Source: Lingula anatina (lineage: Eukaryota; Animalia; Brachiopoda). Taken from it: a stretch of DNA of 64,000 nucleotides. The position numbers were made by a program, and so were the translations under genes. Shown one piece after another: positions 24,605 through 36,831 of this stretch. The number at the start of each line of letters is the position of its first letter. Within the stretch, counting starts at the first letter, position 1. The notes under the pieces were generated by a model. The model had not been told where the DNA came from. It saw only the letters and a list, made by a program, of their open reading frames with translations, and did not search any database. The stretch lies in assembly GCA_051362555.1 (NCBI GenBank), contig CM120647.1, forward strand, positions 7,378,001-7,442,000, in the 5' to 3' direction.

Positions 24605-27600
24605 TGGTTGGGTATTGGATGGTCTCTAGTTTTTTTAGATAATCTCGAGATAATCTCGTTGTTTGTTTGGTTTGTAATAGAAAGTTCGCCTCTGTAAAAT
24701 CCATAATTAATAGATCGGACAAAACACACTCCTAAATGTGTCCAAAAGAATTTGAAAAACTCACTCGTAAAACCATGTGGACCAGGAGTTTTGTCATTTT
24801 TACCAGCCCGAAGAGCAGTGCTAGCTTCAGTGTGTGTTATCTCTCCTTCCAATTTTTGTGAAAAAGTTTTGTTGATTTTATTAACCTTCAAGTCTTTTAA
24901 AGTAACTTCAAGATCTACGTCTTCGAGGATGCCATCTTTAGATGCATTTAGCTGTTTATAGTAGTTTTGAATTTCAGTAAGAATCTCTGTCTGGTCTGTT
25001 ACTATTTTATCTTCGTTTTTCCGCACCTTTGTTACCATTTTATTAATATAGTTCCTTTTTTTCCAAGGCACAAAAGTATTTACTAGGTTTTTCGCCATAT
25101 TCGACCCACCTAACGCGAGAGCGTAATATATTTCCCTTTAGTTTTTCTTTTCTAAGTTCCTCTAAGTCTCTTTTATAGTGCGCTAATTCACCAATGTTTT
25201 CATTATTTTGGTTTTCCAGTTTACTTATTTTTTCTATTAAACCATCCTCATCCTTCTCCCTCTCTCTTTTCTTTGCCGATGCGTAGGATATAGAATGCCT
25301 ACTTATATTTAAAAGAAGTTGCTCAAAAAACCGCTGGTCATCAATAATAAACGATATTATCTCATCGTCAATATTTGGCACAGCTTCTCTTAAAAAGGGG
25401 TGGCCGCATATTGCATTTTCGTTTCATTAATTACTTTACATATTACATCTCTATACTCTTTATCTTTAAGAAGCAGATTATTATGTTTCCAAAAGCCTTT
25501 ACCGCGTTTAAACGAAGTGAATTTCACAGTCATTTCTACTATAGCATGGTCTGTTCTATATCCTGGCTTGATTGCAGTGTTTTTAATCATATTGAGTAAT
25601 TCAGAAGAAATTAAAAAGAAGTCGATTCTAGCTTTTAAACTGGATTGCTAGCCCTCCATGTTTACCTTTTCGCTTTACCATCTTTTCATCTCCATGGATC
25701 ATTTAAACTGTGTTTAGTTTATATCCCAAGTACCTTCTCTCTGGCTCTAGGATTATTCATAATTATAGCAATTTAATACTGGCTCCTGTACAAGGTTCCA
25801 ATCACCTGTAATCAACAGAAAATCATAGAATGAGTTACATATACACTGATCAATATACTCATAAAATTCTGGCGTTTCCTTGTTTGGACCATATATATTA
25901 ATTAGCAGTAAATTAAATTTTTCAAACAGTAAAATTGCTAAAATAAGAAAACTTCCAGTAGCATCACATTTACTTGTTAACACTTTATACTCAAAAGTAT
26001 TACTAAACAATATCGCCATGCCTCGAGCATTTGATCTGCCTGGGCTTAAATAAATCTCAAAACCCCAACAACTTCTTGTGTTTTTCTATCTTTCCGTGAA
26101 ATGCATATCTTGTAAACAAATTAGAGAATATTGTTCCCCTAAGTATTCAAACACATCTTTTCCTTTCTCCACACATCCTAGTCCCCTGCAATTCAGGGTG
26201 GCTATTCTTAGTTCTATCATTACTTGAAGAAAAAAATATACATATGTTTCTTTGATATTAAAGGGATAATAACTCTTCGTTTCGGCCAAAAAATGAATTT
26301 TCCTGGAGTAAACAACACATTTCCCATACTTACCAATGGTTAATGAATCCATTTTTACATTCAAAGTTAGTCCCTGTTTTTTTTTTCTAAAAAGTTTGGT
26401 TTTTTGTTAAAATCTCTTAAGAGATTTTAACAGGGTATAGCCATCAATGGAGGTCATGTGGTCTAAAGACAAGCTAAGATATCAGAATAATAGCTATAAC
26501 TTGTGGTAAAAAAATATTGTATTTCTATGAGTTATTCACAACGTTTTAATTGTGAAATATGGATCTCATATGAAGAGTTATTATCCCTTTAAATCAATTT
26601 ATTCTCGTTCACTAGTATTAACTCCATCAAAATGCGGAGACTCTTCCATTTGCTGTCGTCCCTCACGCGGTTGAAAAAGTCTTGTAACAAAACGCGTAAT
26701 GTCGCTATATGTTGGCGCGCTTTGATGGGCTTGCCAGTGATCCATGGCTTTCTGGATTGCAGGGCGTGGCCGTATTCCGGGGTATGCTGCGTGGATTTCC
26801 AATGCGTGGATCCTCCTGGGGGTGGTATTTTCCATTAAATAGATGTCCAACAACATACAGTTTATCTCTTATCATGGTTGTCCTGCGTCCTTGTACCTTC
26901 ATCTGTCTTTGAATCGGGTACAGTATGCAGCGCCTCTCCTCTGTCGCTGGAGGGAACTGATCGTTAATACTGAACGGTTTTCCCTTAAGGAGGCCAGCGT
27001 TATCTTTCACAAGCTTTAGGTCCTGCTGCTGTACAAAACGCGCTACAATCGGCCGCAGCCTATCGCCCCACCTCTTTCCGAATCTGTGTACGTTAGGCTT
27101 ACATGTAGCAAACACTATCGGTATTTTTAGCTGCGCGGCTACAAATTCGCGAAGAGCTTTTTCATTGTCCTGGCCTACTGTTTCGCCTGCGATACCTTTG
27201 AAGATCAAGTTATATTTCATCGATCTGCACTGTAGATCTTCCAATGTTCTTTCCATTCTGTCTCTTTCCATTGCTAGGCCCGTTATTGCTTCCTCCACAC
27301 TTTTCATTTTTATATTTAAGTCATCTGTTTTTCTGACCCAAATGTTACTGAGCGCTCAAATTCATTGCTTCGCTTTTCTGGGTTGGATACTTTACTGTTC
27401 ATTTTTGTCACTGCAGTATCCATCCTATCAATCTTTTTCTCCATTCTCTCAGGTTTGCTTAGCTTATTTATTATAACTTTATTGCTCTCTAGCTGAACGA
27501 TTTTTTTTTTAGTCTCAGACATACACGTACAGTTTTTTTATTATTAGTACAGCTCCCGAAGATTCTCCGCTTTTGGTGTTAGAATTTGGAATAAATACAG

Positions 27601-27976
27601 GGGAGCCCGCATGCAATACGCTGTTTGTCTCTTTTATAGTGTCACTTATCGACTGCATTGTTTCTGTGGGGCTTTTACTTTGGCATTCGCATTCTCTCTT
27701 TGCCTGATTGTTACATAATATATTGTGATTAGTACTCACTCTTTGGATCTGACCTTTCTTCTCACTGTATGTATCTGAGTCTTTTTGGCATCAACATTCA
27801 TTAAAAGTTGACAAGCTTTACCTTATATTTTCTTCCCCACCTGATCCTTGTTCATTTATACACATTATGCAGTGTTCAAATTCTTCAAAAAAGCTTCCTG
27901 AATACTCATTTTGAAGACTGTCACATAGCCCTGGGTGTATCCTGTTTGCGTACCCCGATGACCTCGACCTCCTATC
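24605..27976 (-). mobile_element. Degraded L1/Tx1-clade LINE: 5' region, ORF1 and the 5' part of ORF2; 3' end lost
   Basis: ORF1 remnants at 27739-26705 (coiled coil, DLQCRSMKYNLIFKGI, HRFG..RPIVARF, FSINDQFP). ORF2 remnants at ~26220-24650 (IATLNCRGLG, LICLQD.H, INIYGPN, TGDWN, SRIDFFL, TDHAIV, G.GFWK.N..LL, RSRVRW.E.GEKP.KYF, KTPGP.GF..EFFK.FW) with stops and frameshifts. Absent from units 2 and 3. Confidence 0.9.
26262..26588. mobile_element. Kolobok-like TTAA MITE inserted between LINE ORF1 and ORF2
   Basis: TTAA-AGGGATAATAACTCTTC...GAAGAGTTATTATCCCT-TTAA. Inverted copy of 2659-2995. Confidence 0.85.
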
Positions 27977-30106
27977 CAAATGTGCTCATCTTATTAATCA
28001 TGTACAAATGTGTTTTAGATTTATTTTTAAATAGAGCCCAACATTTTTTTTTTTGGTATTGCAGAGGGCGAACGGTAACCTTTAGTACAATTTAGAACTA
28101 TGATACAGCTAGTCAAAATTCGACTTTCAAGAGGGGACTACTGGTGTGTTTTTTTACAGAAGCCAAAGGAGTAATCATGACCCTGCAACTGTGGAAAATG
28201 AAAACAAATAGGAAAAGATATTAAAGACAAAAAAAAAAAAAAAAAAAAAAAAAAGACGTGATTTCAACAGGGTTGTCAGGCCAGCAGACAGCAGTTTCGA
28301 AAGGCTGGTTCATTTTCTGAAAAAAAATGGACCTTTTAACAATGAACCCTTTTTATCCTGTATCAAATTTTATCAAGAATGGACTTTTTCCCGGCAAAAG
28401 GGCGTTTCTTTCTAACCCCCCCCCCTCCCCGAACCTCCCTGGCAACGGGCCTGGTAATGGATTTCCGTTATTGTACATTATATTCTTATCTCAAACGTTT
28501 TGCGGTCGCCGGAAACATTAAACACCTAATATATAAAGGTGCAAATAGGACTACTCTGTGACAAAGTTGTGTCACCATATGTGTCATAGCGTTTGAGGTA
28601 TTTTAATTGTTGTGCACCTGAAAAGGGTTGTACCGTTCTATCGTTCTACGCGGCACTCTCCTTGTGTAATCATTACATTTAGTTGTGTGAAGTTGGGTAT
28701 TGGTGTTTTGGGATTTTCAGTGTGGGCAAATTGCATCATGTTGCTCGCTAGCAGTGAAAGGATGGAAACTGATGCCTTATCAAATAATTTGGAATGATAA
28801 AAGATTGTCGAATAACAACTCGATGGAGCTAAAGATTATTATAAAGTGGCCCAAGAGACACTGTAAAGAGCAGCATCGGGTTGCTGCATGCAGCGCCAGA
28901 CTTCATTATGTGCAAAGAAAAGATCCATCCACTGGTTATAATTCAACCACAGTCTTCTCAATGTGGTTCAGAATTGTCTGATTTCCAAAGCTAAGACACA
29001 ATAGAATACATCATAGGCATATCGCGTTTGCAACCGTAGACGCAGAGAGTCATCAATTATCACTTAAATATCACTGATCTAAACTCTGATAGAAAGAAAA
29101 GATAAAAATCGAGCTGTGGAACACATGAAATGTGCTAGTATTTTTATGTTCACTATCAACGGATGAATTGACAGATAAAATGATGTACTGAAATGCGATC
29201 AACGGGATTTCAGCATTTTTGGAATATCCCTGGTCTCCGCCAAAACATTTTCTGTGAATCCTTTGCAACTGTGTTCCTCATTTAAAAAAATGCCTGTCAT
29301 TCTAACTATCAAAGAAATGCGATATGGCGATTTTCAAAGGTTCATTTACTCACTAGTAGAAGTGCTTTAGCAGTCAAACCTGTATGGATATGTAAAGTGA
29401 TATTAAGGGGGTTAAATACATAAGGGATCAAGCGCCCTTTAAATTGTTGACGATATATTGGTGTCAGAAAATGTATAAATTTAGATGGGCTTTGCTCGTC
29501 TTGGCCATAAACTCCGCTCTTTTCCTCTTATCACGGCACAAAAGTTCTTACAAAATGTAGGTACTTACTCTCTAACAGAGCCTACCTTGGGGTTTTCAAC
29601 CTTCATACTCACATTATGGTGATTTGTTAAATTTATGCAGCGTTGGTGAAAACATTTTAGTAATATCCAGTTTCTACCCTTTGCTCAAGAGCTTCTATTG
29701 CGATTGCATGACTGTCAGTGCCCCCCCCCCCATATATATAATTTACAAAATTCATTAAAGGTGATATAAATCTAATAAAATGATAAATCTTATTCTTGAG
29801 AATTTCTCACCCTTTCGCACTAATAACAGTTAATATTTAGATGTCGTCAAAAACAGACTTCGGATAAATCACAAATCTGTCCATATCCTTTAAGGTCGAC
29901 AAACCAGGGTATACATTTGTAAAAATTAACAACTTCAATATGATATGTTTAGAAGGTACAGGTAAGCAGTGATATTATAATAATAATCAACAAACATACA
30001 CGTTTTTGATATATTAATCACATAAAGAAAAATGCATCTATTTTAAGGGGTTGACAGATAACTTCAGACTACAGATAGGTCCGGGTAGGACAATACATAA
30101 ATATTA

Positions 30107-32241
30107 CTCTGTCATTCTTTGCTAGTGGTTACAAAATGTTGAATTTGACCGAAAATTTCAAACTTTCTCTGGGAAGCTGTAATTTTGCGATGTGATAGCT
30201 ACACCATCACAGTTTATCATTTCATAAAAAGGGAAACAGCAGCTGCCCTTTTTAGGGCACACAGGAGAGTTGAACAGCTATACCCACCAAATCCAAGACG
30301 CGTTACCCTGGGCAATATATTTTGCACAAACTAATGAAAGTCTAATGGAATGTTTTCAGTTTTAGTTTAAATCATAAGGGGGTGTTGTCTCAATGCTTCA
30401 AAACTGGGTTTGAAGAATTTAATCCACATTTCATAATTAATAAAAATGGTGAATATGGGGTTCACGGTTACGTTATTGACGCGGGTACAAAAACTTTTTA
30501 TAATCATGTAAATAATAACAATATTTTTGCTATTATCCATACACACTTCAATCATGAGGGGCACACCACTTTCACATGCTTTTAAAATGGAATTGACAAA
30601 CACATAGGAATAATGCACATATTTTATTTACTGTAACTCTTTCACATGGGACACACACTGAACAAAGTTGATCTGAAGAATGTTCCAGATTGTAGTTTTT
30701 TATCTGAATTATTATTTTTTTATTATTATTTTAACACAATAACGTTCAGTTAAATACAAAATTTAACAAAATGAAGTTCAGTGTAACACAAAGTTCATAA
30801 TTATAACATTCTTCCTGACATATGTGGACCAATGGTGATATCTGTTCTGTGCTCACTAAGGCATCCACTCTTGGGATTCTGAAAAAAAATCACACACAGA
30901 ATCTGTTAACTCTGATAACGAACAATGGATAACCTAAGGTCACAAATAGTTTATTGCTTATTCAAACAAAGTACAGTGCATTATGAGTGGCAAACACGCA
31001 TATTACTGAGACACATTTTCTTCACCCATTTTCGGTGCTTCATTGCGTAACGTAAGTGTTGCTAGTAATCCATTATTGCTGTTTTTACAGACGGTTAAAT
31101 TTTAAACGCACGGAATACAGTGTAGCAGCTTAATTTAAGACAAAACTAAAAAAAAGTAATTCAATTTCGATGATTGAGTTTTCGAGAACAAGAGAACATG
31201 AATACGGTATCACCGCGTCACCATGTTCAATGTGACCTTTAGTCCCCCATGTGACACAGACGCAAAACGAATGTTCAGACGAAGTCAACCTACTTATAGA
31301 ATGGTAAAAATCAATCGGTACACAAATATGTTGAAACAATTGAAGAAAAATGAAACGAAACTCATTATTTCTCACCTTCATACAAAGAAGATCCCAATAA
31401 ACAATCCTGTGACGGTTAAATCGAGGGAATTACACCTGTGCCCTGCATCCTATCTCGACAGCGTCATTGCGTGACATGTTATCAGAATGGGCCACCCGCC
31501 AGTTTGAGCTGGTTTTTTTAGTGTGCAAAAGAAGCCATTCGTGTGTAAGACGTCATCAGTTAGTGAGTATGGAAGAAGATCGCTATCGATGTATAATTTT
31601 CACGCGGCATTTTAAAGTCGTCTGATAGGAATCGATCTCTGAAGTTTCAGCGTTGCAAACGTTATATTGGGACGCGGTGAAGAAAAATCGACCTTGCTGA
31701 GCAATAAATGTGAAATTCTTAAGAAAACTGATATTATCATGGATTTCGTGACACAAACTAACCGACATACTACTTTGGACGATTGAACAGTTTTAATACG
31801 GAAAGATAGGATTAGATGAAATTTTCATCGGGGTGGGACACCGCATGTATCGTAAGTTAAGCTAATTTTGTGATCATTTTTCAGTCACTTCAAATAAATT
31901 TTTATTTAAATAACCATTTGCACATTCTGTTTATTATATCTTCTTGCAGTAGGTGTATTCCCTGCTTCAATAATTCATTCAAACCCTAAACAAACTGTTC
32001 CTAAATAGAGGTAGGGTCGAAATTCCACAAAAAAAGACGCCATTTTGAGGGTAATTTCGATATATTTTCTGCTTTTTCTCTTCTTTTGCTTTTATAACAA
32101 TATCCTCCTTGCTCATGCAGCTTCTTTGATTTGTTATTGAAACATACACAACGATGTCATGAGAATTTGGTTGGCTATCTAAATTTAAATAACATTCTTG
32201 TTATGGCCCCCCTGCAGTGCACCACTAGCAAAGAATGACTG
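30107..32241. mobile_element. 2.1-kb non-autonomous TIR element with TA target duplication (Tc1/mariner/pogo-like ends)
   Basis: Left GTCATTCTTTGCTAGTGGT and right ACCACTAGCAAAGAATGAC, with TA flanks. Empty site AATATTACTAGATTATCAC at ~48600. Confidence 0.75.
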
Positions 32242-33151
32242 TACTAGATTATCACTAGATTACTGTCAGCTTAGCCGGCTCGCCTACTAAAAGCCGTCCG
32301 TCCCGCCTACTTAAAGCTATAAGAGGGTCATCAACTACCGTGCGCGCTCGGCTGACATCAGTTTAGCGTGAACCCCCAGGGAGTTAGGTCGATCTAGATC
32401 TATGGGCATGCAGTTATAGACACCATTCCCAGATATATGATCGATCAAACTAGATCGACCTAACTCCCTGGGGGGGGGGTCACGCTTAATAGCTGTCAGC
32501 CCAGCAGGCACGAAAGTTAATTACCCCTTTACAGCTTGTAGCTGGCAGGACGGACATTTAAGCCCACTAAATGGGAGGTTATCGCAATTATTCTGAAATC
32601 TGTGGTTGCCATACATGGTTACCCACTCTTAACAGATTATTACATTAAAAAAAATGGCTAAGTGTAAACATCGGAACAGATTCATGAATCATTGGTAAGT
32701 AAATGAAAACTGTGGTTTACCCCAGGGGATTTTTTTTTTTTTGGTCAAAATGAACATGTTTTATCCACAAAACGCTGCAAAGAAATCAAGGGTTAAAACT
32801 GCATGCACACCACAGACTAATTACATTTCAGTACTATTGCCAATATCTTAAAAAATGACATTCATATAAACACCAAATCATGATTCATTTTACTGGAAAT
32901 TTAAAGTATGGAAAGCGACGGACAGAATATTCTCATGATATATGTTAATTATTAAAAAGTAACTGTTATGTTAAAGTTATGATTAATAACAACAACTTGA
33001 ACCTGAATTAAAGTTGAAATGTAAATTTATTTTGAGATTTTTTTTTTATCATTATATATTATAAAGAATTAATGCAATGAAAGGCTGAAACAGTGCTTCA
33101 TGTAGTTTGTTTAAAATGATATAAACTGCTTTGTTAATGCTATCTTAAACC

Positions 33152-33155
<4 letters not shown>

Positions 33156-33231
<76 letters not shown>
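33156..33231. repeat. (TA)n microsatellite; others at ~5043-5083, 14899-14938, 15877-15939, 35981-36024, 36306-36352, 45459-45487, 57464-57523, 62062-62129
   Basis: Directly visible dinucleotide runs. Confidence 0.95.
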
Positions 33232-33240
<9 letters not shown>

Positions 33241-34592
33241 TTTCCTTCTTCTTTTGCAGGTTCATGATGGCAGATAAGGCTGGGATAACTGAAGGTCAAA
33301 CTCACCAAGGTCAAGACTACCAAGGGAAACCTGCGGTGGTAAAAAGGACAAGATAAATATACCCAAAAGTGTAGCAAATGATTAAATCATAAAACAAACT
33401 AACCTTGAGTGAATCATCAACTGGGTCTCAGGGATACCAGAAATCTAAAGGTCAAGGTCAGGGTAAAATTCAAGGTCAGGTTAAAGGTCAGCAAAAATCC
33501 ACAGACCCAAATGTTCCTTAAATGTCAAAAGCACAGTTAAGGGCAGACAAGAGAGCACTAAAATGGTAAATTGTGCCAGTTTACTATTATTATTTTTAGA
33601 CCTCTCTAGGTAAGTATTGGATGTAGAGAATTTTTCTTCAATTTACAAAAAAATCCATTTATATAGTTTTATCTATTTATATAGTGCGATGGCAGTCAAG
33701 CTTATCATATTTCTTTAATTTAAATTCATTGAAAAGTATGTAATTAAAAAAATGATTTCTTAAAGAAATGTGAAAAAAGTATAATGAAAATACTTATGTT
33801 GATGGTTAAATTCTGTTGAAGGCCAAAAAAAAAAAAAAAAAAAAAAAAACGGCAGTACAAAGGAAAAAATATTATCCGTGTCACTGACCATCTCAAGGTT
33901 GACGATGCAGCCACACAAAAGAAATGTGCCAAGAAATTAGAAGGACAACAGGGGCCCCAGAGGGCCGCCACTGAGAGGAAAGTTCAGGCACCTCCAGCAG
34001 TTTGAGAGAGACACCTCCCTGACTCAGGCTATTCAGTGAGTATAAGCATGGATACAGTGTAGAGACGTGATCAGAGAGGAACCAATTTAGGCTTGAATTC
34101 AGGCTAACTTGTGATGATTTATAATATTTATCAGTTTAAGGTGATAGTTTTATATAAATCACGATTTAAGAATCTTTTCTTTGCCATGAATCTAATTGTG
34201 CATGAAGACAACCGAAAGACTTTTTTTTCAAAAATAATAACAACTAGCTTGCTAATATAACTAGCTTGTAAATATAATTGATGAATTCTGTAAACAGCTT
34301 GAATTTTAGGAGTAATATTATTGTTTTTTCTAGATTCTCAAACAATGTTGCTATCCACCCCGCCATCTTAAAGCTGGGCTTACAGTATGTAGAGTGGGTG
34401 GTGTGTGGGTCCAACGTAAGGTGTAAGCAGGTGGGTATGGATTGGGTCTCTCTTGAACAGTGGCTCACTCTTGTTTTTTTTAAATATTAATATGAAATAG
34501 ATACATGACAGTACGAGAAATATAAATAAAGCAGAGTGAAATCCCAGATATACCAAGAATGAAAACTCAGATACGTCCTTTTTTCACTTTAA

Positions 34593-35626
34593 CCCTCAAG
34601 AGACCAAGCTATTTTACTGACTGAAATGACCAAGTGGGGTCATCTATGACCCCATTGTGCTCTGTACAGGGATCCTTATTATAAAAGGCTGTTGAGGCTT
34701 TATCACACCCATACTACTCACAGGATTTAAGACAAGTATTTTATAATGATCTAATGTAATAAGTATTTGGTAATAATACTTTTATTGCATGAAATAACCA
34801 AGCACAGATTTTAAGAACAACATTACACCGGCATTTAGACAGTCATTGTCAGTTTCCACTTGCAGAAATATTTCTCTTTTTATTTGCCACACTAAATGAA
34901 AAAAGTACATTACAAAATTACTTTGAGTAAAAATATTTTGATTCATGTTGAGATAGCATCCTGCTAACTTCAATAAGAATAATTAGCGGACTTGCTGCGT
35001 AGGGAATACCCTAATGCTGGTAAGGAAGTCATACTACTCAGAACACATTCAATCAACCTACATGTATGTTACTACCACAGCTGTGTATAAAACAAAATCC
35101 ACACAAACAATATGTTAATTTATGTATAATATGATATCAACAGAATTATTTAGATTTCAGAAAAACCTGAAAATTGTAACCCTTAAAATGACAGACCCAG
35201 TAATGAGAACAAGTTCCAACAAAGCTACTGAAATTAGATTCAGCGATGCACTATTAGTAAGACTTCAAGCACAATCTTCACAAACCACTTATTTGTGCCT
35301 ATGTTTTGGGCACACTGGCTGGTTGCATGAAGCACATGCATGTGACATTTTCCTGGCAGTGTTGCTTGGGCAAAACATTTGAATAAAATTTAAAAACTAA
35401 TATGTAAAAACCAATGCTTCTCTTTGGGGTCATAAATGACCCCACAAGAGTTTTTGATGTATAGGCCACACTAATTGGTTGATCCCTACAAAAAACTGTG
35501 AAAGTGTGTAGGATTAGTAGACTGACAAACTCATGCAAGGAAAGAAAATTCGAATAAAGAATAAAGAGATGGCACATTAAATCATATGGCTGGGGTCGTA
35601 AATGACCCCACTCGGTCACTTGAGGG
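34593..35626. mobile_element. piggyBac-like non-autonomous element
   Basis: TTAA-CCCTCAAGAGACC...GGTCACTTGAGGG-TTAA, with subterminal GGGGTCA..TGACCCC palindromes. Absent from the paralogous intron at ~2215 and ~51450. Confidence 0.85.
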
Positions 35627-35979
35627 TTAATGTGTTAAAAATTATCCAAAAAGATTTCTCTGCATGCATTTATGTTTTACAAATTCTTCACAGGTCATTC
35701 GTGACTATACCACACCTCCCCATAAGGAGCCAGCCAGAGATTTAGATAACAGAATAAAGCCATCCATAAGGTAGGACAAGACTGACAGGTCTACTTGCTA
35801 TATACTTGATGCGTTCCTTTGTGTAAGACAATAACTACCTTGACGAAGTCACTATTTTCTGTAATTGTTTGATTATTTTCCCCCAGGTTGAAAGTTCCGA
35901 AATAGACTGAGTCCGACACATATTTTGGCTCTTTGAATTTCAGTAACTATATTTTCAAAGTCCCACTTGGTTATCATCC

Positions 35980-36024
<45 letters not shown>

Positions 36025-36027
<3 letters not shown>

Positions 36028-36303
36028 CACGAAAACGAAGTAGATACTCCAGCGCAGTAGATACTGCAATCATGCTGCAAACATGCTTCAAATCTGCTTC
36101 AATTTGGGAGCTAATTAGCATATTTGAAACATGCTTCTATCATGCTGCTAATCTACTGCATTAATGCTCCTCTCTGTACAAACTTATGTACTTTTTGGAG
36201 TAGAATTGCAGTAGGCTAAGCTACATTTCTACTGCAAATATGCTCCACACCACTACTGCGTTAATGCTTCTTTGCTACTTCGATACTACTGCATTTTCGT
36301 GCG

Positions 36304-36305
<2 letters not shown>
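36025..36305. mobile_element. ~280-bp MITE (CCCGCACGAAAA TIR) in a (TA)n tract
   Basis: CCGCACGAAAA...TTTTCGTGCGGG flanked by TA repeats. Inverted sister copy at 36549-36831. Confidence 0.8.
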
Positions 36306-36358
<53 letters not shown>

Positions 36359-36548
36359 TAATATATTTCTATCCCAGGTTGGGCTGTTTCAGTCTCTTTG
36401 GGGAATGTTTTTTAAAAGCTCTCAAGTGGACAGCAAAAAATTTAAATTTTCAGTTAATCTTTTCACTATTTTCTGTAATTGTTTGATTATTTTCCCCAGG
36501 TTGAAATTTCCGAAATTGACTGAGTCAGACACATATTTTGACTCTCTA

Positions 36549-36831
36549 CCCGCACGAAAATGCAGTAGTATCGAAGTAGCAAAGAAGCATTAACGCAGTA
36601 ATGGTGTGGAGCATATTTGCAGTAGAAATGCAGTATAGCCTACTGCAATTCTACTCCAAAAAGTGCATAGGTTTGTACAGAGAGGAGCATTAGTGCAGTA
36701 GATTAGCAGCATGATAGACGCATGTTTCAAATATGCTTATTAGCTCCCAAATCGAAGCAGATTTGAGGCATGTTTGCAGTATGATTGCTGTAGTCTACTG
36801 TGCTGGAGCATCTACTGCGTTTTCGTGCAGG
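36549..36831. mobile_element. ~280-bp MITE, inverted sister of 36025-36305
   Basis: TA-CCCGCACGAAAA...TTTTCGTGCAGG-TA; the interior is the reverse complement of the first copy. Confidence 0.8.

Larger units (their letters stand above)
935..32570 (+). repeat. Segmental duplication unit 1 (EIF2B4 pseudogene + Cys-rich gene A), expanded by TE insertions
   Basis: Collinear homology with 32.6-48.8 kb and 48.8-64 kb, e.g. 935-1360 vs 49590-50010, 23640-24450 vs 45400-46210 vs 62000-62855, and 27980-30105 vs 46620-48606. Boundaries are approximate. Confidence 0.85.
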
